Shown here piece by piece: positions 43,093 through 56,817 of a stretch of 64,000 nucleotides of DNA. The stretch lies in NCBI GenBank assembly GCA_002104945.1, contig MCFH01000044.1, forward strand, positions 1-64,000, read 5' to 3'. The stretch comes from Piromyces finnis finn. Its lineage: Eukaryota; Fungi; Neocallimastigomycota. The notes under the pieces were generated by a model. That model did not search any database and was not told the DNA's origin. It worked only from the letters and a program-made list of their open reading frames with translations. Made by a program: the position numbers and the translations under genes. Numbering within the stretch: the first letter of the stretch is position 1; every line of letters starts with the position of its first letter.

Positions 43093-46000
43093 ATGTCAAA
43101 GCAAGTAAAAAAAGTTCAAACAACTTTATATTTAAAGCCATCTTTAAAACAATTAGAATTAGAAGATTCATTAAAGGCTTTATTAGCTATTCAAGCTTCT
43201 GGTATTGATGTTAAACAAGCCTCAACTAAATATGGTGTGTTTATAAAAAAATAATTTAATATTTATTTAAAATAATTATAATAATATTTAAATTTCATGT
43301 TTATATTAATTATATATGTTCTCCTTTTTTTTATACTCTTTTTCATTTATTCAAATAATTATGCAATATAGAACATTTCGCTGAAAATGTCATTTTAGAT
43401 TTACCAGAAAATAACCTTGTTATTTTTGAAACATCTGCTATTGTTAAATATTTATTAAAGGACAAGATTAATGGTCTCGATGCTAAGGATTTAGCTGCTG
43501 TTAATTCTTGGGTTGAATATGATAAATTCATTTTATCCAAAATTCTTTCAAAGGATAGTACTGAAAATCCAGATGCTGCATTAGAAAAGATCGAAAACGC
43601 TTTAAAATCCAACAACAAGCAATTAGGAAAGGTAATAAAAAGATATCTATATATGTAGTTATTGTTAATCTAATTTAAATAATAGAAAGAAAATATATAG
43701 GACTTTATTAATAGAATACCAAAATTTTGATTGTATTAAACATTGCTATGTATAGGTTTCTTCAGAAATTTCTGATATTGCTGTCTTTTCTTCTTTATTT
43801 GTCGGTTTATCCTACAAGAAGTATGATATCTCCAAGTATCCATCTATTAATGAATGGTTAAATAATAAATTACAAAACCAAGCTGATATTTACAGTTCAG
43901 CTACTAAGAAATGGGGAAGAGTATGTATATAAAAATTATATGAAATAAATGCAAAAGTGATAAAACTAAGTCATTACAAATTAATTTATTAAATTTAAAT
44001 ATCAAATCATTTTCATAGCTAAATAATGACCTAACAAAATTTTTATGCTTTTTTTATATAAACATTAGATTATGGGTTTCCCAGCTGAACAAAAGGTTGA
44101 CACAAAGAACTCTATTATTTTAAATCATCATGAAAGAGTTATGTAAGTTAGAAAAATAAATGCAATATTAATTATAAAAATGAAGTTAAAAAATTTCAAT
44201 TGATTTATCAATATAATTATAAATTACTTTATTTGTGTAGCTTACCAGTTGAAGGTAAAAGAAACATTCTTGTTACTAGTGCTTTACCATACGTCAACAA
44301 TGTTCCACATTTAGGTAACATTATTGGTGCTATGCTTAGTGCTGATGTTTTCTCAAGGTATAACTTTATAAATTAATATATATATTTTCTTTTGCATTTC
44401 ATCTAATTATTCATTATTATTATGATTTTTAAATTATTTAATAGATACTGTCGTATGAGAGATTACAATATTATTTTCATTAATGGTACTGATGAATATG
44501 GTACTGCTACTGAAACTAAGGCTCTTGAAGAAAAGTGTACTTGCCAAGCTTTATGTGATAAATACCATGCTCTTCACAAGGAAGTTTACAAATGGTTTGG
44601 TATTGATTTCGATTACTTTGGTAGAACTACTACTCCAAAACAAACTGAGTAAGTTTTATTTTTACAAATTTTTATAAATAAGTTTTAATTCTATATAAAC
44701 TTTTTTTTAACTCTTAAAATTATTTTGAATTTAATTAGAATTGCTCAAGATATTTTCTTAAAGCTTAACAAGAATGGTTATCTTAAGGAAGATACTGTTA
44801 CTCAATTATTCTGTAATACCTGTAAGTTATTCTTAGCTGATCGTTTCGTTGAAGGTGAATGCCCATTCTGTCATTACGATGTAAGTATAATTTTAGGCTT
44901 TAAAATTTGTGTTGTAATTTTTGCGTCATATCAATAATGCAAATGCATAATTATTTCATAATAGGATGCTAGAGGTGATCAATGTGATAAATGTGGTAAG
45001 TTAATTAATGCTGTTGAACTTATTAAGCCACGCTGTAAGGTTTGTAACAGTACTCCAGAAACTAAGACTTCAAACCACATTTTCATTGATTTACCAAAAT
45101 TACAAGATAAATGTGCTGAATTTGTTAAGAAGAACAGTGTTGAAGGTATTTAATAATTATTATTTATAAAATTATAAGTAATTTTTTTTAATTAATGCAT
45201 TATTTATAATTTTTTATATTTTTATTTATAAAAGGTGACTGGTCTTCCAACAGTATTAGTATTACTAATGGTTGGTTAAAGGAAGGTTTAAAGCCACGTT
45301 GTATTACTCGTGACTTAAAGTGGGGTACTCCAGTTCCATTAGAACATATGAAGGATAAGGTCTTCTATGTTTGGTTCGATGCTCCAATTGGGTAAATATT
45401 TATATAATTTTTATAAATAATGTATTTAATAATAAAAGTATTAATAATAAAATTATTTTATAAAAAATCAATAATAAAAAAGTTACATTTCTATGACTGC
45501 TAATTACACTGATGAATGGAAGAAATGGTGGATGAACCCAGAACAAGTTCAATTATACCAATTTATGGGTAAAGATAATATTCCATTCCACACTGTTATT
45601 TTCCCATGTTCTGAAATCGGTACTGGTGACAACTACACTTTATTAAACCGTCTTAGTACTACTGGTAAATATATATTGGTATTTTAAAGAAATAATATTT
45701 ATTCAATAATTATTAATATGAAAAACAATAATTATTTTTAAAAAAATATAGAATACTTAAACTATGAAAATGGTAAATTCTCAAAGTCACGTAATGTTGG
45801 TGTATTCGGTAACAATGCTGTTGATACCGGTGTTCCAGTTGAAGTATGGCGTTACTACTTACTTATCAACAGACCAGAAACCAACGATAGTTCATTCACT
45901 TGGAACGATTTCATTGCTCGTAACAACAATGAATTATTAAATAACATTGGTAACTTTGTTAACCGTTTATTAAAGTTTGTTGCTGCCAAATACGATTCAG

Positions 46001-47172
46001 TTATTCCAGAATATGATCTTTCTGGTCCATCTGAACAAAAGTTAATTGAAGATGTTAACAAGCTCTTAAAGGATTACCTTCGTAACATGGAAGCTTGTAA
46101 GCTTCGTGCTGGTTTAAAGACCGCTATGGATATTTCTCAAGTTGGTAATGCCTACTTACAAGAAAACAAGATTGATAATAAATTATTCACTGAAAAGCGT
46201 CAAGTTTGTAACAATGTTGTTGCTGCTTCTGTTAATCTTATTTACTTATTAAGTTCCTTAATTTACCCATACATGCCAACTACTACTGATTCTATTCTTA
46301 AGCAAATTAATGCTCCATTAAGAAGAATTACTGATGTCTGGGAAGCTAATGAAATTTTACCAGGCCATACCATTGGTAAGCCAGCTTACTTATTCAAGCG
46401 TATTGATCCAGAAATGGAAAATGTCTGGCGTGAAAAGTATGGTGGTAATGCTCCAAAGGAAGAAAAGCCAGCTAAGCCAGCTGCCAAGAAGCAAAAGAAG
46501 GCTCCAAAGGAAAATAAGAAGGCTGCTCCAGCTGCTGCCGCTGCTGCCGAAACTGGTCCAGATCCATCCAAATTAGATATCAGAGTTGGTCATATTATTG
46601 AAGCTCACAAGCATGAACAAGCTGATTCTCTCTATGTTGAAACTATTGATCTTGGTGAACCAGAACCAAGGTAAATTAGTCATTTTTGCTTTTTACTTGT
46701 TATTTAAAGTTTATATTTCTTTATTGATAAAAACTAATTTTTTTTTTTTAATATTCTTATCATTCTATTCACTAGAACTGTTGTTTCCGGTTTAGTTAAG
46801 TACATGTCTGTTGATCAATTAGTCAACAAGGACGTTGTTTGTTTATGTAACTTAAAGCCAGTTGCTATGAGAGGTATTAAATCTCATGCTATGGTTTTAT
46901 GTGCTAACAATGCTGATGGTACTAAGGTTGAACTTGTTACTCCACCAGCTGGTTCTAAGCCAGGTGATAAGATTGTTATTGGTTCTTACAATGGAACTCC
47001 AGAAAAACAATTAAATCCAAGAAAGAAGATCTTTGAAGGTATTCAACCAGGTTTCAAGACTACTGAAGAAAAGGAATGTGTTTGGGTTGCTCCAGATAAT
47101 TCTGTTCACAAATTCACTGTTAACAATGGCGTTTGTAAGGTTGACTCTATTGTTAGTGGTGGTATTCGTTAA
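43093..47172 (+). CDS. MES1: Cytosolic methionyl-tRNA synthetase, about 12 exons, with N-terminal GST-like and C-terminal EMAPII/Arc1-like tRNA-binding domains
   Basis: [15 protein letters not shown] (HIGH motif), zinc knuckle CPFC...CDKC...[29 protein letters not shown]; N-terminal [10 protein letters not shown]; C-terminal LDIRVG...[12 protein letters not shown]...[20 protein letters not shown]. Confidence 0.96.
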
Positions 47173-47596
47173 GATAAATAAGTTAATAATAATATTTAAA
47201 ATTTACATTTTTAATCCTAATCCTCATTCATTATTATTATCATAATAATTAGTATAATAATTATAATAATAATTAAATAGAAAAATTTCTTTAATTCTTT
47301 TATTTTACACACCCTTTATTTTTAACCTCCCCTTTTATAAAATTTCCCACCTCTTTTTTTTTTTTTAATCCACAAATGAAATTTTATTTAGTAAATTTGC
47401 AAATAAAATAATTATTATTTATTTAAAAATTAAAAAATAATAACAAAAAATTGTTAGTATATTAAACTAATGAATTTTTATTTGAAAACCTTCTTATGTA
47501 GTTTACAAAAACCAAAACCAAAAATTAAAATGAATAAATAAAAAAAAAAAAAAAAAAAAGAAATCATAATGATAATGATAAAAAAAAGTATATATG

Positions 47597-47632
<36 letters not shown>

Positions 47633-48516
47633 TATTTATAAATTCAATTATTTTACACTATTTCATGATAATCAAAGACTAGTGTTTTTTTTTTTTAAAG
47701 GGTAATTAACTATTTTATGAATAATATTCATTAAAGTCTATTTTTCAATTTCTAATCAAAGGAAAGCAAAAAAAAAAAAAAAAAAAAAAAAATATTTAAA
47801 ATTAGAAAGAATTTTAGTTTAATAAAGACTGTTTAAAGAAAGTAATGTTACAGTTGATTGAAGGTTTCACAAATTTTTTTTTTTGTTAATATAAACATAG
47901 TCCCTAACATTAATAGCTCTACTAAATTTACTATATACCTAAAAAGAAGGTTATATTTATAATATCCAAATGATTATTATTTCATTAAGGATCATTTTTC
48001 AATCTTTAATCAAGGCAATAACTCTTTTTTTTTTTTTAAGCTTTATTTAATTTTATTTGATGGTAACATACTCTTTTTTTTCATAATTATGTCTATGAAG
48101 AACATATTAAATTTTTAATCCTACTTAACCTTTTTATTACTCCACAGTATATGGTAATATTTATTGTCGTATCAAAGTATTGAAATATAAAAAGATGATA
48201 TTAAAAATAGAAATATATATATTTTTAATGAAAATTTATTATATATTATATATATATATATAAAAAAGATCTTTTTCAATTCAATTTTCTATATTTAGTA
48301 ATTCCTTAAATGTATCTAATTAAATTAGTACTTTGGTATTTAATCTATTTCCCCAATAAAAATTGTTATAAAATTATATAGCATCCACATAATAAACTTT
48401 ATTTTAAAAGGAACATTTACTTGTTCAATATAAAATAGAAAATTGTCAATCTATTATTATTAATTTAGTTTATAATATAATTGTTTTTAAAACTCAATTT
48501 TCTTTTTGTTTTCCTC

Positions 48517-48890
48517 AAAGTAATAGTCAAAGAAATAGTAATAATAGTAATAGTCAAAGTAATAGTCAAAGAAATAGTAATAGTAATAGTAATAGTAAAA
48601 GTAATAGTCAAAGAAATAGTAATAATAATAGTAATAGTCAAAGTAATAGTCAAAGTAATAGTAATAGTAATAGTAATAGTAATAGTAATAGTAATAGTAA
48701 TAGTAATAGTAATAGTAATAGTAATAGTAATAGTAATAGTAATAGTCAAAGTAATAGTAATAGTAATAGTAATAGTAATAGTAATAGTAATAGTAATAGT
48801 AATAGTAATAGTAATAGTAATAGTAATATTAATATTAATAGTAATAGTAATAGTAATAGTAATAGTAATAGTAATAGTAATAGTAATAGT
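48517..48890. repeat. (AGTAAT)n hexamer array with AGTCAA variants
   Basis: Visible hexamer periodicity; explains the IVIV and TITI ORFs. Confidence 0.95.
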
Positions 48891-51800
48891 ATTACTTTCA
48901 TAATAATTTAACTGCGGTTTATTCCAAAAGTTCTATTTCCATATAAAGAAAAATTAAAAACTAAATTAAAATTTTAAAAGTTTTCTTTTTAAGAGTTTGA
49001 ATAAAAATGTTTTTTTATTAGTAAAGATGAGAAATAGAATAAATAAATAGTTTTAATAGTAAACTATTGAGTTTTATTAAAGGAACGCATTAAATAATCA
49101 TTGTGCTTTATATCATGAAGGAAATGGTTTTACATTATTTCTTTTAAAAAGTTTTTTTTAATAGTGTAAAAAGAATTTAAAAAAGTACCGCACTTTATTA
49201 TGAAAAACCTACTACCTACCGTTTTTCTATAATACTATATTAATATTTCTATAATATTAAATCTAAATTTAAATATTAATTCTTTTTGATTTCTTAACCA
49301 AAATTCCAGAATATTTTATAAATAGAAAATTAAGGTGGTACAAATAATAATAAAATAATAATAAAATTAAATTTTAATATAAATTTTATTATTATATTAA
49401 ATGAACTTTTTAATAATTTATTATTTCAACATTTTAATTTATCTTATATAAAGAAAAGACCGTTCTTTAAACTTTAAAAACTTAAACATTTTGTTATAAT
49501 CTTAACTGACCAATAAATAGCATTATTGTATACACTAGGAAGACATTTTTATGTCTTTAGCTATTAACTAAAGACTTTACTAAATCTTATTATACAAAGA
49601 AGGGAAAATTGGTATAAGAAGATCATCAAAATAAAACATAAGAGTATTCAATCCTAATAATAATTTTCAGTTGTAAATACCTATTTTTCATTTATAAATA
49701 AGCCCTTTCTTCTAAGTGGCAAAGTTTCTTCTAAAAATGGTCTTTTATTTTTAGATGTAACCAAATATGAAACTTTTAGTCAATTAATAGAATATTAATA
49801 ATGTAATGTAATGTATCACGATGTATATTATTCAATTTCCATTTCAATTTTAAAACTAATTAAAATTTATATATAGATATAAATATATAATATATAAAAT
49901 TTGATCAGATTTTAAAGTGTCTATTCCCATTTATTATAGGTATAAAAACAAAAACTACATAAAAAAGTATTATAACAATCCTTCTTATTCAGCATTCTTT
50001 CTAAATAATACATAAAAAGTATTTAATTGTCACCTTTCTCAATGGCTATAGCGTGTTGCTTCAGTATATTTTATTCATTTATACCCACACTTTTAATGAA
50101 TGTTACTTTTTAACCTTTTCTCTATATCCTTGTTTATTCTTTTATTTTGTTTATTAATTTATTTGTATTACTATTCCATTTATTAATAAATGTATTATAA
50201 TATATATAATATATATTATTAAATTTATATTCTTTTATTATTTGCAATCAATTTTTATTTATGTTTATTTTTATATGGAATTATTTTTATCTTTTTGGTA
50301 ATACTTTTTCAATATAATTTAATATATATTTCTATAATTATTATATATACATTAATATATTATATAAATAAACCTTAGTATTATTTAATAAATAAATATT
50401 AATTGTATCATTTATTAATATATAATAATACTATTAATTTAATGAATAGAATATTAAATTAAATAAATATATTATTAATATAATTATATATAGAATATAA
50501 TTTACTATAATAAATTATTAATTAAATCAATTAAATAGAATATATATTATAATACATTCTAGCATATATTAATGAAGAGGATTACAAATAAGTTTTTTTG
50601 GTAATCATGGAATATTAGTATAAAATAATATAAAATAGTGTATTATTGTGTAATACATTATAAATTATTAAAATTATAGAATTAATATATACGAGCCATA
50701 TATTAAATAAATACAAAATTCAATACTAACTTTTATAAAAAAAATGTAGGCCTTCCTTTTCCTTTCCTTTAGGCGTTCTTAGTTTTTTTTTTTAAGTAAG
50801 AATTATTTTATTATTTTTTCTATTTCAAACCAGGAATTCTAGAATTATGTATAGCTATCTACACCTACATCTACATGTTTTTTTTCTTTTCATTTTTGAT
50901 GCTATTTCATCTGTAATATTATGGATTGATTAAAATTAATTATTCTATTTAATTATCAATCATTATTATTATATTAATAAAATTTTATTAAGAATTTTAA
51001 AAATTAATTTTTTTGAATAGAACTACCTTGAATTTTAATCTTTAATTTTAATATATAGTATAATAAATAAATAATTTAAAAAAAAATTTTTTTCCTGAAT
51101 TTTTTTTTTTTTTAAATTTATAAAAATAATAAAAATTTAAAAAAAAAATAAAAACGTATTGTAACGAAAAGAAATTATAAAAATACCATAAAATTTGAAA
51201 ATTCCTTGATTATATATTGGAAAAGAGTAAATATTATTTATTAAAGGAAAATATTTATGAATAAAGAAAGAATAAATTACTTTTAATTTTTCAAATTGTA
51301 AATTGAGTTAAAATTTTAAAAAAGAAATTCTCAATAGCATTTGGAATTTAATAATCTTTAAAAAATGTGTATATATGCCAATTTAGTATTATGAAAAATA
51401 AAAAAAAAAAATATTGTTGAATAAAGAATAATAATAATTTATTAAAGTATGAAAACACTAATATAGAAAAGAAAAAATTTAAAATTTGAAAATAATTTAC
51501 CTTAAAAAGCCATTATATTACTATTAAGATAAACTTTTATTTAATTATATATTAATTATTATTATTATATATATATACGTTTATTCTTTTTTTTATTATT
51601 TTTAGGAAAAGTCAATTTCATTTTAATAAAAGTTAATTATTAAAAGTGAAAAGAAATAATAATATATATATTTAAAGTAAGAAAGACAATCAAAAATAAT
51701 ATATACAATAAGAGGACATTTTCTAAATTCTTCAAAAAATAAAAAAAGATATTTTTATTTTTATAATAATTAAAAACTTCAATATTATTTTTTTTTGTAC

Positions 51801-51957
51801 AATACAAGTGTATAATAAACTTGTGTAAAAAAGTAGTTATTGAAGGAATCCTTAAAAATATAAACTTTTTTTGTAAATATATCTAATAAAACTAATTAAC
51901 AGTATTATAATACAAAAAATAAAAACACAACACTATACATTTTAATATTATAACAAA

Positions 51958-53253
51958 ATGACAAACGATAAGAATATTATTTCTAAACTTACTAAAGGTT
52001 TAAAATTGAAAATTAACAAAAAGAAGAAGAGTAATTGGAAAACTTTAAATTCTAACGAATATCTTTTATCAACTCCAACTCCAACTCATGAAGAACATAT
52101 GTTATTTTCTGATACAGAAGTAGAACTTTATCAAGCTAAAGCTAATATTGAAGCCAATCGTTCTTTTACCTTTAATAATAATAGTAATGAAAATAATATA
52201 GATACTAAAAATGTTTTAAATAATACTTTTTCTGTTAATGTAAATGTTATTGGAAGAAGTAAAACTTATAATAGCAGTTCTTCTTATACCTATAATAATC
52301 GTCCAACCATTGGACCTAATATTCAAAACAAATATACCCCTAACTCTACTACAGAAAGTCGTAAAAACTCTTTCCAAACCATATATTCACCACAAAATAA
52401 TAATTTAACTCAATCAGGTATGAACCATTGTTCTTCTTTTTCTAATAATTCTACTCCATATACTTCTGCACCAAATTCACCTATTTCTATTGATTCATCT
52501 GATACCTATGTTAACGAAATTAAAGCTAATTTCAATAATCCATTCCTTAAAAATAATGCAATAAATAATATTAAACCAAAAACAAACGCATTCCTAAGTG
52601 TTTCAACTACTAATATGGATCCAGCCTTATCTCATTCTTTAATTTCACCTATTGAATTTGATGTTGCTGGAAAGGAAATTAAGACTTCTGAAGATACAAC
52701 TACTACTGCTCCACAAAATATCTCTACAGGACAAATCAATACCAATGAACAAGTTCCTAGAAATAAATCTGTCAAAAGAACAAAACCTTTAATTACTTTT
52801 GACACACCACCAGTCGTCTCACCAATTACTGCAGAAACAGACTCTGATGAATATATTCGTGGTCGTAAACGTAGTGGTAAAAAACATAAGAAATATACTA
52901 AAAAGCGCTCATCTAATCTTACCCTTAAAACTAACAATTTAAAAGATATGACTAAAAATATGACTTTTTCTGAACCAACTTCAGCAATTGTCGCTAGAGC
53001 AAATAGCAGACTTAATTCTCCAAATTCTATAAGTAATGAAGAAGATGATGATGTACCATTAGGTATCATTCAATACAAATGTATTTCAAGTATTCTTAAA
53101 GAAACTGGTCCAACCAATATTTCTTCCCTTCAATCTAACACAAAGAAGACTAAATCACACTCAAAAGATAACTATGGTTACATGTCACCTCCACATGAAT
53201 CCTATTTGGAAAAGTATGATATCAATTATTATCAAGAAAATTACGTTATTTAA
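51958..53253 (+). CDS. Hypothetical 431-aa single-exon S/T/N-rich protein, probably disordered
   Basis: Long stop-free ORF with coding-like GC content and host codon usage; basic cluster RGRKRSGKKHKKYTKKRS; no recognisable domain. Confidence 0.8.
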   Translation: MTNDKNIISKLTKGLKLKINKKKKSNWKTLNSNEYLLSTPTPTHEEHMLFSDTEVELYQAKANIEANRSFTFNNNSNENNIDTKNVLNNTFSVNVNVIGRSKTYNSSSSYTYNNRPTIGPNIQNKYTPNSTTESRKNSFQTIYSPQNNNLTQSGMNHCSSFSNNSTPYTSAPNSPISIDSSDTYVNEIKANFNNPFLKNNAINNIKPKTNAFLSVSTTNMDPALSHSLISPIEFDVAGKEIKTSEDTTTTAPQNISTGQINTNEQVPRNKSVKRTKPLITFDTPPVVSPITAETDSDEYIRGRKRSGKKHKKYTKKRSSNLTLKTNNLKDMTKNMTFSEPTSAIVARANSRLNSPNSISNEEDDDVPLGIIQYKCISSILKETGPTNISSLQSNTKKTKSHSKDNYGYMSPPHESYLEKYDINYYQENYVI

Positions 53254-54149
53254 ATTTAAAACAAAAACAACAATAATAATGACAAAAAGTCAAACAAAAA
53301 TTATTAAATTTTTGGAAATTTAATAAAAATAAATCATAATAACAGTAATCATAATAATAGTAATCATTATCATCATCATAATAATAATGAAAATATATAT
53401 TACCAATAAAAAATAATAAATTAAACCCACAATAACATGTATATCTGCATATACATAAAATAGTTAAAACAACAAACTATCGAATACTTAATATACTTAA
53501 TAATAATTAACAATTAGTTCTTTTTTTATTTTTTTTTAAAAAAAAAGAATAAAAGAAAAAATTGTTAAATTATTAATTATACTAATAAATAAGATTAGTA
53601 TAATAATGTAAATCCTTGAAAAAAGAGAAAATACTTTTTTTTCTCTATATGTATCATAAAAATTAAATAAAAATATAAAAAATTTATTTAATTTTATTTT
53701 ATACTTTTTTATATTAGATATAAAAAAGAAAAGAGAAAAAAGTAAAACAATAATATAACAAACAGAATAATTATCATTATCTTTATAATTGTAAAAACAA
53801 AACAAAAAGCAAAAACAAAAAAAAACAAAACAAAAAAAAAAAATAATATAATATAATCATTTTAATATTAGTAAAATATTTTAACATTAATTTAATATAT
53901 TATATTTTTTTTTAAGTTTATAATACTAATTGTTAATCATTAACAATCTTTTGTTATATGAATAATAGTAGTATTATGATAAATTAAAAAAAAAAAAAAA
54001 AAGGACAATAATTAAATAATATTAGTAATAACATTTTAAGGGAAAATGTTAGTATTAATAATATTAATAAGTGACAAATAATAATAATAATAACAATATA
54101 AGTAATAACAACAGTATAATAATATTTTTAAAAACAATATAGTAATATA

Positions 54150-54185
<36 letters not shown>

Positions 54186-54228
54186 AAAAATATTAATAAA
54201 AAGTTTATAATTAAAATAATAATTTTTA

Positions 54229-54259
<31 letters not shown>

Positions 54260-54894
54260 GATGTTGTTACTAGCAGTTTTGTATAGAGGACGTTGGTAGT
54301 ATCTTAATAAGAAAAAAAATTAGAATGAATCAAAAATAATATTAGACATTATATATACACACTATATAGACACATTCACATATAAAAATAATTAATTTAC
54401 AAGAAAACTCTTTAAAATACAAATATAATATTAAAAGAAATATAAACATTTAAGTTAAAAAAAAAATAGAATAACACCATTAAAAAATTTATTTTTAATA
54501 TCACATTAATATTTTATTTAATCCAATATATATATCTAATAAGAAAAAAAAAACCCTAAACTATCTTTATAATATCATTATTTACTTATAATAAATAAGT
54601 AAATAATTATATTACCAACATATAAAACATATAAAATATTTTTGAATCTACTTTTTTTTTTTTTTTTATTTTTATCAAAATATAACCATTTTCACCTATT
54701 ATCCCCTCCCCATTTTTTTTTTCTTAAACAATTTTATTGTTTTATTTATTTTTTTCATCATGTAAAATATATAATTTTGATAAATAATTAATTAAACATT
54801 TTCATTAATATCAATAAATCTTTTATAAATTTAATACATAAACCTATATTTATTATTATTACTTTTTATCTTACCCATTTATTTTACCCATTTA

Positions 54895-54944
<50 letters not shown>

Positions 54945-55266
54945 TTAATTATCTTACCCATTTCTTTTACCATTTCATATTATCAGTCCTTTTTTTTTTT
55001 TTTTTTTTCAATTAAATATTCCATAAAAAATTTTATTAATATAATAAATTATGATTATTATTATAAAGATAATGATAATTAAAGAAATCTATTATTATTA
55101 TAATGATGATAGTATGATATTATTAATAATAACTATTATTGTGATTATTTTTATTTAAAATAACAATTTCTATTAAAACTAAAACTATAATTTTTATTAT
55201 TATTTAATAATACATAGTAACTAACTTTTTTTCTTTTTATTTTTACTATTTATTTTTAAATCATAG

Positions 55267-55831
55267 AAAATATCATAAAAAATCCAATAATTATTTAAAA
55301 AATAAGTTAAGTCTTCATAAAGTGCCATCCCACCTTAAAAATACTTTAAAAAGAAAAGATTTACCACCACCATCTCCACCTCAAATTGCTTCTCATAAAA
55401 CACTTTTCTTTGGAAACTATTTTAATTCTGAAAGTTCTTCATCAAATAACGATATAGATTCTGATACTGATACCGATACAAATGATGAAAATGAAGATGA
55501 TTACTTTAATGCTAACTCTTATTTCCATCAATACCGTGAAGAAGATAACATAAGTCCAAAACAAACTGCTATTGAAATTGATGAAGTAGTTTATGGTAGT
55601 GGTACCACTCCAATATCTATTAATTATGCTAATTCTAACATGAATGCTGATTTAAAAATGAGTAGTCATTTGAAGAGCGACTTTGACAATCCTAATCCTT
55701 ATATGAATTTAGAAGATGTCTTCAATAGCCAATTGAATACCAACATGTATAATCCATTTGAGTATCATCATTATCGTTTAAGAAATGCAAATTCCTTTTT
55801 ATATGATGAGCATGGGTATAAAACATATTAA
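55267..55831 (+). CDS. Probable terminal exon of a hypothetical gene (Pro-rich then acidic D/E/S tract)
   Basis: The frame of ORF 55322 is open back to the AG at 55265-55266, which is preceded by a taactaac branch site (~55218) and a T-rich tract. No upstream exon was identified. Confidence 0.6.
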
Positions 55832-56628
55832 TGAAGGGGGAGGGAAATCATAACGAGTAAATTAGCAATGAAAAATGATTAAAAAAATAGAACAAGGAAA
55901 ATAAAAAAAATACTCAAATGGATACTTAATTTAAACATGACTATTTATTGAAACGATAATAATAATAATAATAAAACTTTAATCAAAATGACTTTTTACT
56001 ATTACAATAATGGAATAAAGAAATGAAAAATAGAGAAAGGAAATGCGATAACAGGATAATATATAATAATAATGATAATAGTAAAGGTATTAGTAATAAT
56101 TAAAATCTTTACTACTAAAAAGATAAATATATATCCAAAAATTTTTATTTTTTTTTTTTTAATTTTAATTAAATTATTAATTTAATAAGACTATCCACCA
56201 TCATCATAATATATACAATAAAATAACAAACAACTAACTAACATGATATAATTAATAATTAATATAATATAGTAATTAATATTTAATAGTATTAAATAAT
56301 CTCTCTCTATATAAAACATTTTTTATTTGAATTTATTAATTTACTATTTCACAAAACTTAATTTTTATATCTATTAATGAATCATTCTTATTAGTAAATA
56401 TACAATCTTTTTTTCTTCTCTATTAAAAATTTATATATATATATATATGAACAAGTAAAAAAGAAAAAATTACTAACACCAGAAAAAAAAGAAAAACCAA
56501 GATTAAAAATATATAATTAAATTTTATACTTTTACCTTTATGTACACATAAGGGAAAGAATAAGTAAAAGAATTAAAATAATAATAAAAAAAATAGGAAA
56601 TATATATATATTTTTTTTTGAAATATTA

Positions 56629-56629
<1 letters not shown>

Positions 56630-56664
<35 letters not shown>

Positions 56665-56817
56665 AATACTAATACTAATACTACTAATAATAATAATTAT
56701 AATACTAATATTAATACTAATATTGATACTACTAATTATAATAATATTAATAATACTAATATTAATACTACTATTATTACTACTACTATTACTACTACTA
56801 CTACTAATAATAATAAT
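56630..56817. repeat. Mixed (AAT)/(ACT) trinucleotide array
   Basis: aataat/actaat/actact units. Confidence 0.85.

Noticed and set aside
43343-46571. Antisense ORFs within MES1 (43343-43618, 45855-46061, 46386-46571)
   Set aside because: Shadows of MetRS exons caused by codon bias.
49500-50130. Slightly GC-richer patch with protein-like fragments (FINKPFLLSGKVSSKNGLLFLDV)
   Set aside because: Interrupted by stops and no family recognisable; possibly a decayed gene or transposon, but not supportable.
52632-53069. 145-aa antisense ORF
   Set aside because: Shadow of the 431-aa + strand ORF.
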